Part shown: piece by piece, positions 1-8,542 of the stretch | Numbering within the stretch: position 1 is the stretch's first letter | How the letters are laid out: each line of letters starts with the position of its first letter | Origin: an uncultured Succinivibrionaceae bacterium | Lineage (GTDB): Bacteria; Pseudomonadota; Gammaproteobacteria; Enterobacterales; Succinivibrionaceae | DNA: 64,000 bases | NCBI GenBank assembly: GCA_949286015.1 | Contig: CASEBB010000002.1 | Span: 9,981 to 73,980, forward strand | Direction: 5' to 3' | Notes under the pieces: generated by a model | Databases searched by the model: none | The model's input: the letters and a program-made list of their open reading frames with translations, nothing else | Told to the model about the DNA's origin: nothing | Translations under genes and position numbers: made by a program

Positions 1-134
1 CTGCGCTCAGGAAAGCTCACCAGCGCAGCATTTGCTCACCCCCACCGCTTACTCAGCGACACCCACTACGCTGGATAGACTCAGTCGCTCTGCGACTTAT
101 CTCTGAGGTGCAACAGGGGATAACACTTACCTAC

Positions 135-154
135 TACCTACCTACCTACCTACC
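135..154. repeat. (TACC)5 tetranucleotide microsatellite in an ORF-poor region
   Basis: Read directly: tacc x5 at 135-154, preceded by an imperfect tacc-tac unit (128-134). No convincing CDS in 1-837. Confidence 0.9.
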
Positions 155-837
155 TCCAAGAGTGGCATCATCAGCAGCAGCACGCTCTGTGGTAACCGCC
201 TTTGCGCTTAAGCACAGGCTGTTACTGCAACCACAGTGGCTCTTAGCCGCGCCCTCTCTTGCGGTAAACCTTAGAGCCCCTCATCCCACTTAACACGGAT
301 TTAACACTTACCATACTGTCTCTTAATACCCCTCCCCTAGAATAAGAGACCGCGTGTGGTTGCTGATATGTTGGCTCTCAAATAAAACATGTCCCCGCTT
401 GCACAGCCCGCCTGCCTCAACAGACCTTGGCTGTATGAGCAACAACTGCATAGCCTACTGCCGCGTGGGCTCCCTAGCCCACGCACTATACACTCTACCT
501 CCTAGCCCTCTGCACTCATGTTTGTGCCTTGTCCCTCCAACCACAAGCACCGTCTCACGTACCACCCGTGCCCACCGTCGCTTAGCCCACCACCTGCTCA
601 CTGGGCGTAAAAGCCACCATCTTTTTTTCTGCTCCCCACTCCCTTCTGCTCCCACATGCCTTACAATATCACCTGTGTAACTGGCGCAAGGTCTTCCATA
701 GTTCTTGTTCAGATTTCTGACAAAGATTACCTCCTTTTAGTACTGTTTATCTTCATCAAGATAAAACGCCAGTTACTTCAAAGCGTCCAAAGTTGCAGTA
801 CAGTTGCTGCTCCTGAGGATCGTGCGAGACCTTTCCT

Positions 838-1503
838 ATGATTTTCTACGTCGAGGACGACAGCAGCATCCGCGAGATTGTGCTTTATACCCTGCACTCC
901 ATGGGCTTTGAGGCCCAGGGCTTTGCTGACGGGCACAGTTTCTTACAGGCTCTGGAAACCCAGCGCCCTTCTCTGATCATGCTGGACGTCATGTTGCCGG
1001 ACATCGACGGTGTGGAGCTCTTAAAGACGATCAAGCGCCAAGCGCGCACCAGTGACTTACCGGTGATCATGGCCACCGCCCGTGATGCAGAGATCGAAAA
1101 GATTCAAGCACTGGATTTAGGAGCTGACGACTATCTCTCCAAGCCATTTTCCATGATGGAAATGGTGGCGCGCGTTAAGGCAGTGTTACGTCGCTACAAG
1201 CAAGAAGAGCCAAAGCAGCTGAGTGCTGGTGACCTCTCGATTGATGAGACCAGCCACGTGGTTAAAGCCAAGGGTCAAGTGGTGGAGCTGACGTACAAGG
1301 AGTACGAGCTCTTATTGTTGCTGTTAAAGCATCAGGGTCGTGTGTACAGCCGTGAGCAAATCCTCGATCTCATTTGGGGTCACGATTACGATGGCGAGAA
1401 CCGCACAGTAGACGTGCATATCCGCACCTTGCGCGCTAAGTTAGGCGACTGTGCCAACCTCATTAAGACCGTGCGCGGTGTGGGCTATAAGCTCGAGGTC
1501 TAA
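838..1503 (+). CDS. OmpR/PhoB-family response regulator (receiver + winged-helix domain)
   Basis: 221-aa ORF with ATG start. Receiver motifs YVEDD, LIMLDVMLPDIDG, LSKPF. C-terminal winged helix RTVDVHIRTLRAKL...VRGVGYKL. Confidence 0.92.
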   Translation: MIFYVEDDSSIREIVLYTLHSMGFEAQGFADGHSFLQALETQRPSLIMLDVMLPDIDGVELLKTIKRQARTSDLPVIMATARDAEIEKIQALDLGADDYLSKPFSMMEMVARVKAVLRRYKQEEPKQLSAGDLSIDETSHVVKAKGQVVELTYKEYELLLLLLKHQGRVYSREQILDLIWGHDYDGENRTVDVHIRTLRAKLGDCANLIKTVRGVGYKLEV

Positions 1504-1559
1504 CCAAACAAGGCACGGGAGTGGCGGGAATGCGTAAGTAACGGTAGTGGCGGGAGTTA

Positions 1560-1905
1560 CAGCTCTATCTTGAGACTGGATGCAGCCTCACTACCTGCAG
1601 CGACTTTATCTTGAGGCAAGGCTGGTAGCCACCTGTGCAGTGCATACCGCGATTGTCTCCACTGCTGCTCATGGTAGTGGTGTGGTAGTGGTGCAGCCCT
1701 GTTTTAGCCTCTTGATGGTGTACCGCTTCACAGCTTGCAGCGCTTTTATCTCGAGGTGAATACCGTAGCCACCTCAACGGCCGGTATAGCAGGTGCGGCG
1801 CAGGTCGCCACTAATAACACCCTTTGGTGATGATGGTGCAGCCTGTTTTAGCCTCTTGATGATGTGCCGCCTCCCAGCCTACGGCGCTTTTATCTCGAGA
1901 TGCGC
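1560..1905. repeat. Cluster of degenerate tandem fragments related to the MITE-like family
   Basis: 1690-1758 and 1835-1902 align as direct repeats 145 bp apart (GGTGCAGCC(C)TGTTTTAGCCTCTTGATG...GCGCTTTTATCTCGAG). A third TTATCTTGAGG...GTAGCCACCT unit lies at 1605-1634. It shares the core words CTCGAGAT / TATCTTGAG / ATGGTGCAG with copies elsewhere. Confidence 0.7.
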
Positions 1906-2067
1906 TCTGGAGACGCCAGCGTAGCAACTACTGCACGCCTCAACCTCTGTCGTGCCCGCACACTTTAGGCCTATGGCGCCAGCCGCAACTCCTCATAAGT
2001 ATTTCACTATTAGCTCTCCCCACGCCCTATCCTTTCTTTTCTTGCTTCCCCACATCGGACAAGCATC

Positions 2068-4050
2068 GTGCGCAAAAAGATCTTTCGTACCTTCCTTGGG
2101 TTGTCTCTGGGCTTGTTCTTTATCATGCTCGTGGCAGCCATCTTTATCCACCAAGTCCTCAAAACCCAAAACGAAATCAAGCACCTCAATAACTTTAGCT
2201 TTATGCTCAAGTCCGCCCTCGAATACCACGGCCATGACTTTTTGCAGCAGCTAAAGTCCGATGCCTATCGCATCACTCTGATCTCCCCTGACGGTACCGT
2301 GATCTTTGACAATATGGCCAACAAAGACCATATGGACAACCACCTCACTCGTGAGGAGATCACTGCCGCCATCGCCGATGGAGAGGGAAACACCCTGCGC
2401 TACTCCGATACCCTGCACAAAGAAACTTACTACCACGCCATCAAGCTGCAAAATGGCAACATCCTGCGCCTGTCCTTTACCAGCAATTCCCTCTTTGCCT
2501 ACACGCAGACCTTTACCCTCTTCTTTGTTGTGGTCTTTATCTGTGTCTGTACCCTGTGTTATTACGTCGCCACGCGCCTTGCCAACGCCCTCATTGAGCC
2601 GATAAACGACATTAAGCTCGATGACATGCTCTCGATTACTGAGCCCCTTGAGCACAGCTATGAAGAGCTCCATCCTTTCTTGTGGCGCATCTTCATTCAG
2701 CAGCGCAAAATTGACGAGCAGCTTGACGAGCTGCGCCTAAAGAACAACGAGTTTCAGGCTATCACTAAGAGCATGTCCGATGGCCTTGTGATCCTCAATG
2801 CTCAAGGCATCATTGTCTCTATTAACAAGACGGCCCGTCGCATCTTTGCTGTCACTAAGGACAATTGCCTCAACCAGAGCTACCTTGCGATTGACAACTC
2901 GCAGTACATGCACGACATGATGGCCAACTCTGCTACCCAGCCCAAGCAGAGCATGAACATTGTGCGTGACGGCCGCGACTTTGAAGTGCGCTTTAGCAAG
3001 ATTAACGACAATGGCACCTGCGTTGGTTACGTGCTCATCATCTTGGATGTCACCGAGAAAAAACGCACCGAGCAATTACGTCAAGAGTTTACGGCTAACG
3101 TCTCACACGAGCTGAAGACGCCATTGCAGTCGATCATTGGCTACTCGGAGCTAATGGCCAGTGGCTTTGTCCAGAGTGAGGATATCAAGCACTTTGCCGC
3201 GCGTATTCACAAGCAAAGCACCCGCTTAAAGAGCCTCATTGAAGATATCATCTTCCTCTCACACCTCGATGAGGGGCAGATTGCCAACATGGAAGAGATC
3301 TCTGTGCGTAAGATATGCGATGAGGTCTTTGAGGCGTTGCAAGAAAAGGCCTTAGAGCGCCTAGTGCGCTTAGCGGTACGCGGTCCTGATCTGCACTTTA
3401 TAGCCGTCAATCGCTACATTTACGAGCTGATCTACAACCTCGTGGATAACGCCATTCGCTATAACAAGGAAAACGGCCGTATCACCATTACGCTGCACGA
3501 GACCAACAATAAGTACGTGATTGCGGTGGAGGATACCGGCATTGGTATCGCTCCTGAGGATCAGTTCCGCATCTTTGAGCGCTTCTATCGCGTAGATAAG
3601 TCGCACTCGCGACAAACTGGGGGCACGGGCTTAGGCTTATCCATCGTCAAGCGAGTGGTGCTGTATCACCATGGCAAGATCCGCTTAAGCAGCAAGCTGG
3701 GTGTGGGTTCGACTTTTACCATTTCCTTCTACAAGAACAAGCTGCAGGAGATGCTGGAGCAGAATAAGAAAAAGCAGGAGGAGTGGCAGCAAGAGCAGGC
3801 GAAAAACGGCGGTGCGATTCAAATGACCAGCCTCACTGCAGCATCGTTTCGGGCAGCAGAGGACGCCTCGAGACAGGAGCAAGCGCAGCACAGCTATCTG
3901 CACGCAGCAGAGGCCGAGGCTGTGGCCAGCGCCCCGCCAGCCCCTGACGCTGCTACGTCCACAGCTGACGCGGATGCGAACTCTAACACCGTCGCTGCGG
4001 CTGCTACCGATAACGATACGGCCGTGCCTCAGAGCACGCCGCGCACGTAG
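2068..4050 (+). CDS. Membrane sensor histidine kinase, PhoR/ResE-like, with low-complexity C-terminal tail
   Basis: 660-aa ORF with GTG start. Two hydrophobic segments (LGLSLGLFFIMLVAAIFI; FTLFFVVVFICVCTLCYYV). H-box FTANVSHELKTPL, N-box LVDNAIRYN, G-boxes EDTGIGI and GGTGLGLSIV. The last ~90 aa are Q/A/E-rich. Confidence 0.88.
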   Translation: MRKKIFRTFLGLSLGLFFIMLVAAIFIHQVLKTQNEIKHLNNFSFMLKSALEYHGHDFLQQLKSDAYRITLISPDGTVIFDNMANKDHMDNHLTREEITAAIADGEGNTLRYSDTLHKETYYHAIKLQNGNILRLSFTSNSLFAYTQTFTLFFVVVFICVCTLCYYVATRLANALIEPINDIKLDDMLSITEPLEHSYEELHPFLWRIFIQQRKIDEQLDELRLKNNEFQAITKSMSDGLVILNAQGIIVSINKTARRIFAVTKDNCLNQSYLAIDNSQYMHDMMANSATQPKQSMNIVRDGRDFEVRFSKINDNGTCVGYVLIILDVTEKKRTEQLRQEFTANVSHELKTPLQSIIGYSELMASGFVQSEDIKHFAARIHKQSTRLKSLIEDIIFLSHLDEGQIANMEEISVRKICDEVFEALQEKALERLVRLAVRGPDLHFIAVNRYIYELIYNLVDNAIRYNKENGRITITLHETNNKYVIAVEDTGIGIAPEDQFRIFERFYRVDKSHSRQTGGTGLGLSIVKRVVLYHHGKIRLSSKLGVGSTFTISFYKNKLQEMLEQNKKKQEEWQQEQAKNGGAIQMTSLTAASFRAAEDASRQEQAQHSYLHAAEAEAVASAPPAPDAATSTADADANSNTVAAAATDNDTAVPQSTPRT

Positions 4051-4313
4051 TAAGGCCGCCGCAATCACAGGGATACCGCCTCAACGCTTAAGCGCGGGGG
4101 CGGGCATCTGTGTACATCCTCTAATGACCAATCGGGGTACCTTGAGGTTTATGGCGCAAAGCGCTCTCCTCTTGGAGGTGCTGATAGGCAGGCGTGGTGA
4201 TGAGCACAAGTGCGTGTGATGGGCTTGTGAGTAATAGCCTCATCAGAGTGTCATCTTGCGGGTAACGTCCTCTTAGGGGTAACGCTCTCAGGCAACGGCT
4301 AAAAGCAGAGGCA

Positions 4314-4410
4314 GAAGCTGTTACCAGCCTTAATAGATGACGGGCTTTAGGGTAAGCATGGTACACCGTCCTCAGTGAGGATTAGACTCAGCTGCACCAT
4401 TCATCTCACA
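4314..4410 (-). repeat. Partial MITE-like element copy (subfamily 2)
   Basis: GAAGCTGTTACCAGCCTTAATAGATGACGGGCTTTAGGG...GGATTAGACTCAGCTGCACCATTCATCTC aligns with the reverse complement of copy 11102-11250. The far end is degenerate. Confidence 0.65.
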
Positions 4411-4560
4411 CAGCTCCGCAGAGCCTTTGTGCTGTAACTCTCTGGTTGCGGGCTCCTTGATGCGTCATTCTGCTAATATTGGCGCTTGCTAAGGTGGCAG
4501 CTATCTGTGGCTCACTACCTCTTTAGCGCCTTTAGACAGACAAACTCAATTTGAGGCTTT

Positions 4561-4575
4561 CCAGATAGTATCTGG
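4561..4575. promoter_or_regulatory. Perfect 7-1-7 palindrome CCAGATAGTATCTGG, candidate operator upstream of the antitoxin-like gene
   Basis: Read directly. It is nested in a second inverted repeat GAGGCT...AGCCTC (4552-4587) and ends 31 nt before the 4606 start. Confidence 0.3.
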
Positions 4576-4605
4576 CAGCAGAGCCTCCACACGGTCACCT
4601 CTGGA

Positions 4606-4974
4606 GTGCCCATGGATAACTACGATCAGGATCCAGCTGACGACAGCGAGATCTACCCGCGCCCTAATCCGCTTGCTCCCATCTTAGAAAAGCTCAAAAC
4701 CCCCGCAGATATCGCCGCCTATCTCAATAATGCCGTCAACCCCGACGATCCGAGCAAGCTCTTTGCGGCCTTAGGCATAGCCGCGCACACGCGCAATATC
4801 AGCCACTTATCCCGTGATATGGGTATCACCCGTCAGGGCTTTAATAAGGCCTTTGCGGCTAAGGGCAACCCTTGCTTTGTGACGGTACAAAAGCTCTGTA
4901 CGGAGCTGGGTATCAGCATTAGCTTTACGCCGCTCCCCGAGCATAACAGCACTGATAGTAGCGAGCAGCAGTAG
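4606..4974 (+). CDS. HTH DNA-binding protein of the 'addiction-module antidote' (HigA-like) type, with no toxin partner detected
   Basis: 122-aa ORF. The segment ADIAAYLNNAV..DP..LFAALGIAAHTRNISHLSRDMGITRQGFNKAFAAKGNPCFVTVQKLCTELGISISF matches the pattern I recall for the antidote family paired with RelE/ParE-type killers. Start is GTG 4606 or ATG 4612. Confidence 0.65.
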   Translation: MPMDNYDQDPADDSEIYPRPNPLAPILEKLKTPADIAAYLNNAVNPDDPSKLFAALGIAAHTRNISHLSRDMGITRQGFNKAFAAKGNPCFVTVQKLCTELGISISFTPLPEHNSTDSSEQQ

Positions 4975-5363
4975 CGCTCTCTTACAGGGCCGCTCCCCTC
5001 GGTTAAGGGCTGTTGCAGTGCTCTCTTCAGTGCATGTGGGCATATCCCTATTAAGTGGCGCCACCACAAACACACTGCACCTCCAAGGTAAGCCCCTTAC
5101 CCGAGCTCTATGCACAGGAAAAGAGCGTTTTCCCACTTGTGCCTGCAGAGTATTGTCCTCTATGTTATGGGCTTACAATCGGCCTTTGCGGTGGGTTAAG
5201 CCCCTTGAAGCAGCAACCTGCTATGGCGCAGCAAGCGTCGCTATCGCTACATACCTCAAGGTAAATTAATGGCCATGAGCTTTGCTCACACCCGTGGAAA
5301 ACGCCCGCGACAAAACGTACTTCCACTACCGGTGCTAAATCCTAAGAAATGACCACAGACGCA

Positions 5364-5390
5364 AAGGGGCTCACACGAGCCCCTTTTGCT
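5364..5390. terminator. Hairpin plus T-run, likely bidirectional terminator
   Basis: AAAGGGGCTC-ACAC-GAGCCCCTTTTGCTTTT lies between convergent genes (4974 end, 5424 end). Confidence 0.6.
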
Positions 5391-5423
5391 TTTCCTGAGG
5401 TTTAGCGCAAAACGCAGCAGCGC

Positions 5424-8150
5424 TTAGTCGTCGCTGTCGTCTTCACTGGTGCTGTTGACCACAATGCGCCCAAACTTGTCAGGAATAATGATGCCCTCTT
5501 CCTTCATCGCTGCCAGCTTGTAGCGCAGCGTGCGCGGGCTGATGCCCAGTTTGTTGGCCACCTTCACACGGCTGCCATCAAACTCCATCAGCGCATCGAG
5601 AATCATCTTGTACTCCTGCTTTTTGAGCTTGGAGTTTAAAGACGCATTGTCATCATCCGTCTTGAGCAGGTTGTTGCTCTGCGTGCCGACCACCGACAAC
5701 GCTGCCGCATTGGCCGCGTTCATCACGCGCGCAAAGTCACCTGGCGACAGAGGCGTCACCAATGGGTTTTGCCCACCTATCGCCGCTGCTGCCATAGCGG
5801 CCGCTGCTGCCGCCATATTGGCTACCGCCTGCTCATGGGTGCTGGCACTTGCTTGTGGCTGAGGCGCACTCTGAATATAAGTCGTACCCGCTGGCACCCC
5901 AGGGACGCCCATTACCGGCATACTCATCGCGCCCATACCAGGCAGCGTTGGTACCATACCAATATTAGGCGCGCCGCCACTCAAGACATGCGACATGTCC
6001 ACCGAGTGGTCAATCTCAGAAGTCACCTCGGTGCTGCTCTTGGCCTTATCTGCGGCTTTGTTATCTTCAAGCGGAGCGTAAGCCTGAGCCTCAGTACCAT
6101 CTGGCGGTAGCGCGTGACGGCCCCCCGCTGGCGTCTGTGTTGGCAGTGGTCGACGGCCCGCTGGCGGCGTCGTGGCAGACGCTGCGGCAGACGCAGCAGG
6201 GGCCTGTGGCGTCACTGGAGCCGTTGGTGCGACCGGAGCGTGGGCACCTCCCGTTGCGCCCTGCGGCGCGGCGTGCTGTGCCACGCCATGGGATCCCGAG
6301 ACAGGGGCACTACCAGAGTGTGCGCCTACAGCAGCAGGACGCACAGGCATCTGTGGCCGTGGTGGTACCTGCGGGCGTGGTGGCACTGCTACCCCCGCAG
6401 GCATCTGCGGTAGCTGTGGTGCTACAGGAGCTGCCGCTGCCGCAGAGGTTCCTTGGACGCTGGCAGCGGCTGGGGCCGTGGCTGAGGTCGTCTGGCTAGA
6501 TGCAGGAGATTGTGGAGCCACAGGCATCTGTGGCGCGGTCGGCAGCTGCGTCACGTGCGAGACATAAGCCGAGGAGGTTGGGGTTGGTGGCACCGGCGGC
6601 GTTGGAGGCACCGGTGGGGCTGGTGGCATCTGCACAAAGGCATTACCCGCAGCCTGTGGGTAGCCCTGCTGCATGCCTTGCATGCTTTGCATTCCCTGCT
6701 GCATACCCTGCATGCCTTGACCTGCAGGCACGCCTGCACCATAGGCCATCATGCCTTGGGGCTGCTGAGGCTGCTGCGCTTGCTGCCCGTAAGGCGCCAT
6801 CTGCACGTCGTCAGGTAAGACGCCTGGTGGCAGCGGCGCGCGATTGACGCGCTTACGCTCGTCATCATGGTATGAGGCCGACTGATTGACCACCGGATTG
6901 AAGCTATCGCTATTGGCATCCAGCACGAGGTCAGCCACCTGAATGGCATCACCATTACAGAGAATGAGCGCACGCTGCATCACATTCTCCAGCTCACGCA
7001 CGTTGCCAGGCCAGCCATAATTGTAAAGGGTGTCCTGTGCCTCTTTGGTCAGCTCCGGAATGGTGTGACCAATGGTCACCGAGTAGCGCTGTAAGAAGAA
7101 GTTTGCTAAAGGCAGGATGTCGCCTTTGCGCTTGTTAAGAGGCAGCCAGCGTAATGGGAAGACATTTAAGCGGTAGTACAAGTCCTCTCTGAACTTGCGC
7201 TCATACACCGCCTGCTTTAAGTCACGATTCGAGGTCGCGATGACGCGCACATCAAGCTGAATGGTCTTTTGGCTACCTAAGCGCTCCACTTCGCGCTCTT
7301 GTAACACACGTAAGAGCTTAGCTTGCAGGCCCAAATCCATCTCGGTGATTTCATCAAGCAGGATAGTACCGCCATTAGCTTGCTCAAACTTACCAGGACA
7401 GGCTTGGAAAGCGCCGGTGAACGCACCCTTTTCATAACCAAAGAGAGTCGCTTCCAGCATGGTGTCAGGGATAGCGGCGCAGTTAATGGCCACAAAAGGC
7501 TTCTCCGCGCGGCTCGAATTCTCGTGCACGTAACGGGACAGCACTTCCTTACCGGAGCCTGATGGGCCGGTGATCATCACCGTAGCATCAGTCTTTGCGA
7601 CCTTTAAGGCCATCTGTAAGAGCTCGCCGGTGCTCTGATCGGCCCAAATAGGCTCGCCTTTGGAGATGCGTCTTACTGGTGTATAGCGTGACACCTGAGC
7701 TAAGAGCACCTCAGGGGCAAAAGGCTTAGCGAGGTAGTTAATGGCACCCTCGCGCATGGCTTTGACGGCGCCATCAATATTGGCGTAGGCCGTCATTAAG
7801 AGCACAGGAATATGCGGGTACTTATCGTGGATGCTGCGCAGCAGGGTATGACCGTCCATACCCTCCATTTGGATATCGGCGATGACCATATCCACTGGGC
7901 GCCGTTGCAACGAGGCCAGAGCTTGAGCGCCGTTACCTGCTTGATAGCAGGTATAACCGGTTAAAGCTAAGGTATCGACAATGGCCTCGCGCAATTGCAT
8001 GTCATCATCAACCACCAGAATCTTGCTTGGATTTGGTTTACGTGATTTCTTTTGCAAGAGTTTGTCCCCACGCAACAAAAAATTCCTGTCTCCGCGCTGG
8101 CAAGACCAGACGAGAGCAAAAGTGCCAGCTTCAGAGCAGAAAAAGCCCAC
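5424..8150 (-). CDS. Sigma-54-dependent response regulator (NtrC/FlrC/FleR family) with a ~420-aa low-complexity linker
   Basis: Receiver (ILVVDDD, ADIQMEGMDG, LAKPF). AAA+ sigma-54 interaction domain (Walker A GPSGSGKE, GAFTGA loop, Walker B ILLDEITE, RVIATSN). C-terminal Fis-type HTH (VANKLGISPRTLRYKL). The true start is probably internal, e.g. TTG at 8057 preceded by GGGGA. Confidence 0.9.
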   Translation of the reverse strand: MGFFCSEAGTFALVWSCQRGDRNFLLRGDKLLQKKSRKPNPSKILVVDDDMQLREAIVDTLALTGYTCYQAGNGAQALASLQRRPVDMVIADIQMEGMDGHTLLRSIHDKYPHIPVLLMTAYANIDGAVKAMREGAINYLAKPFAPEVLLAQVSRYTPVRRISKGEPIWADQSTGELLQMALKVAKTDATVMITGPSGSGKEVLSRYVHENSSRAEKPFVAINCAAIPDTMLEATLFGYEKGAFTGAFQACPGKFEQANGGTILLDEITEMDLGLQAKLLRVLQEREVERLGSQKTIQLDVRVIATSNRDLKQAVYERKFREDLYYRLNVFPLRWLPLNKRKGDILPLANFFLQRYSVTIGHTIPELTKEAQDTLYNYGWPGNVRELENVMQRALILCNGDAIQVADLVLDANSDSFNPVVNQSASYHDDERKRVNRAPLPPGVLPDDVQMAPYGQQAQQPQQPQGMMAYGAGVPAGQGMQGMQQGMQSMQGMQQGYPQAAGNAFVQMPPAPPVPPTPPVPPTPTSSAYVSHVTQLPTAPQMPVAPQSPASSQTTSATAPAAASVQGTSAAAAAPVAPQLPQMPAGVAVPPRPQVPPRPQMPVRPAAVGAHSGSAPVSGSHGVAQHAAPQGATGGAHAPVAPTAPVTPQAPAASAAASATTPPAGRRPLPTQTPAGGRHALPPDGTEAQAYAPLEDNKAADKAKSSTEVTSEIDHSVDMSHVLSGGAPNIGMVPTLPGMGAMSMPVMGVPGVPAGTTYIQSAPQPQASASTHEQAVANMAAAAAAMAAAAIGGQNPLVTPLSPGDFARVMNAANAAALSVVGTQSNNLLKTDDDNASLNSKLKKQEYKMILDALMEFDGSRVKVANKLGISPRTLRYKLAAMKEEGIIIPDKFGRIVVNSTSEDDSDD

Positions 8151-8357
8151 TTAGCGCAGGTAACACCACCTACGGTAAGCTGCTTTTCACTGTCACCACC
8201 ACCGAAGAAGGCTGCTAAAACCAAGGGTGGCTGTTACCGCGAAATTCAATGGAGCTGTGCCGCTTGGCTACAAAAGTAGCAGTACAGAGTGTCTTATGTG
8301 CTAGCACTGCGCCAGCTTACGGACACGGCCTGTACACGGCATCTGACGCCACTTTTA

Positions 8358-8506
8358 GGAAAGAGTGAGCTCATAAGTGACGGCTGTAATGGTGTGTGGT
8401 TGCAACGTCCCACCTCGAGATAAAAGGTGCAAGCGAGCCTGAGCCTATCTTGAGATGGGCCTGCATGCGTGCCCTAAATTCCGTCATTTATTGAGTCAGT
8501 CGTTCC
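8358..8506 (+). mobile_element. MITE-like palindromic element, subfamily 1 (reference copy)
   Basis: 149 bp. Left end GGAAAGAGTGAGCTCATAAGTGACGG, right end CCGTCATTTATTGAGTCAGTCGTTCC (imperfect terminal inverted repeats). Central hairpin CCTCGAGATAAAAGG...CCTATCTTGAGATGG. Near-identical to 11245-11393 and 41372-41519 (opposite orientation). Confidence 0.85.
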
Positions 8507-8542
8507 TTGGCGTCATGTAATCTTGATCTTTAAGATGCAGCC

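Noticed and set aside
354-680. 108-aa ORF (and 108-293) in the first 837 bp
   Set aside because: Pro/Ser/Leu/Cys-rich composition, no ribosome-binding site and no recognisable motif. The region is left unannotated.
1560-1905. Possible CRISPR-like array (direct repeats with intervening sequence)
   Set aside because: Only two to three degenerate units are present, ~70 bp long at a 145-bp spacing. They are related to the dispersed MITE family, and there are no cas genes in the window.
4051-4605. Degraded toxin gene upstream of the HigA-like antidote
   Set aside because: Hand translation of all three forward frames of 4420-4600 gave only short, stop-interrupted peptides with no RelE/ParE/HigB-like motifs. 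The 3974-4219 ORF overlaps the kinase 3' end and is low complexity.
5530-6847. Stack of plus-strand ORFs (99-131 aa), and minus-strand out-of-frame ORFs, over the sigma-54 activator linker
   Set aside because: These are Arg/Trp/Cys/Gly-rich translations of low-complexity DNA with no starts carrying ribosome-binding sites. They lie fully inside a gene with three recognisable domains.
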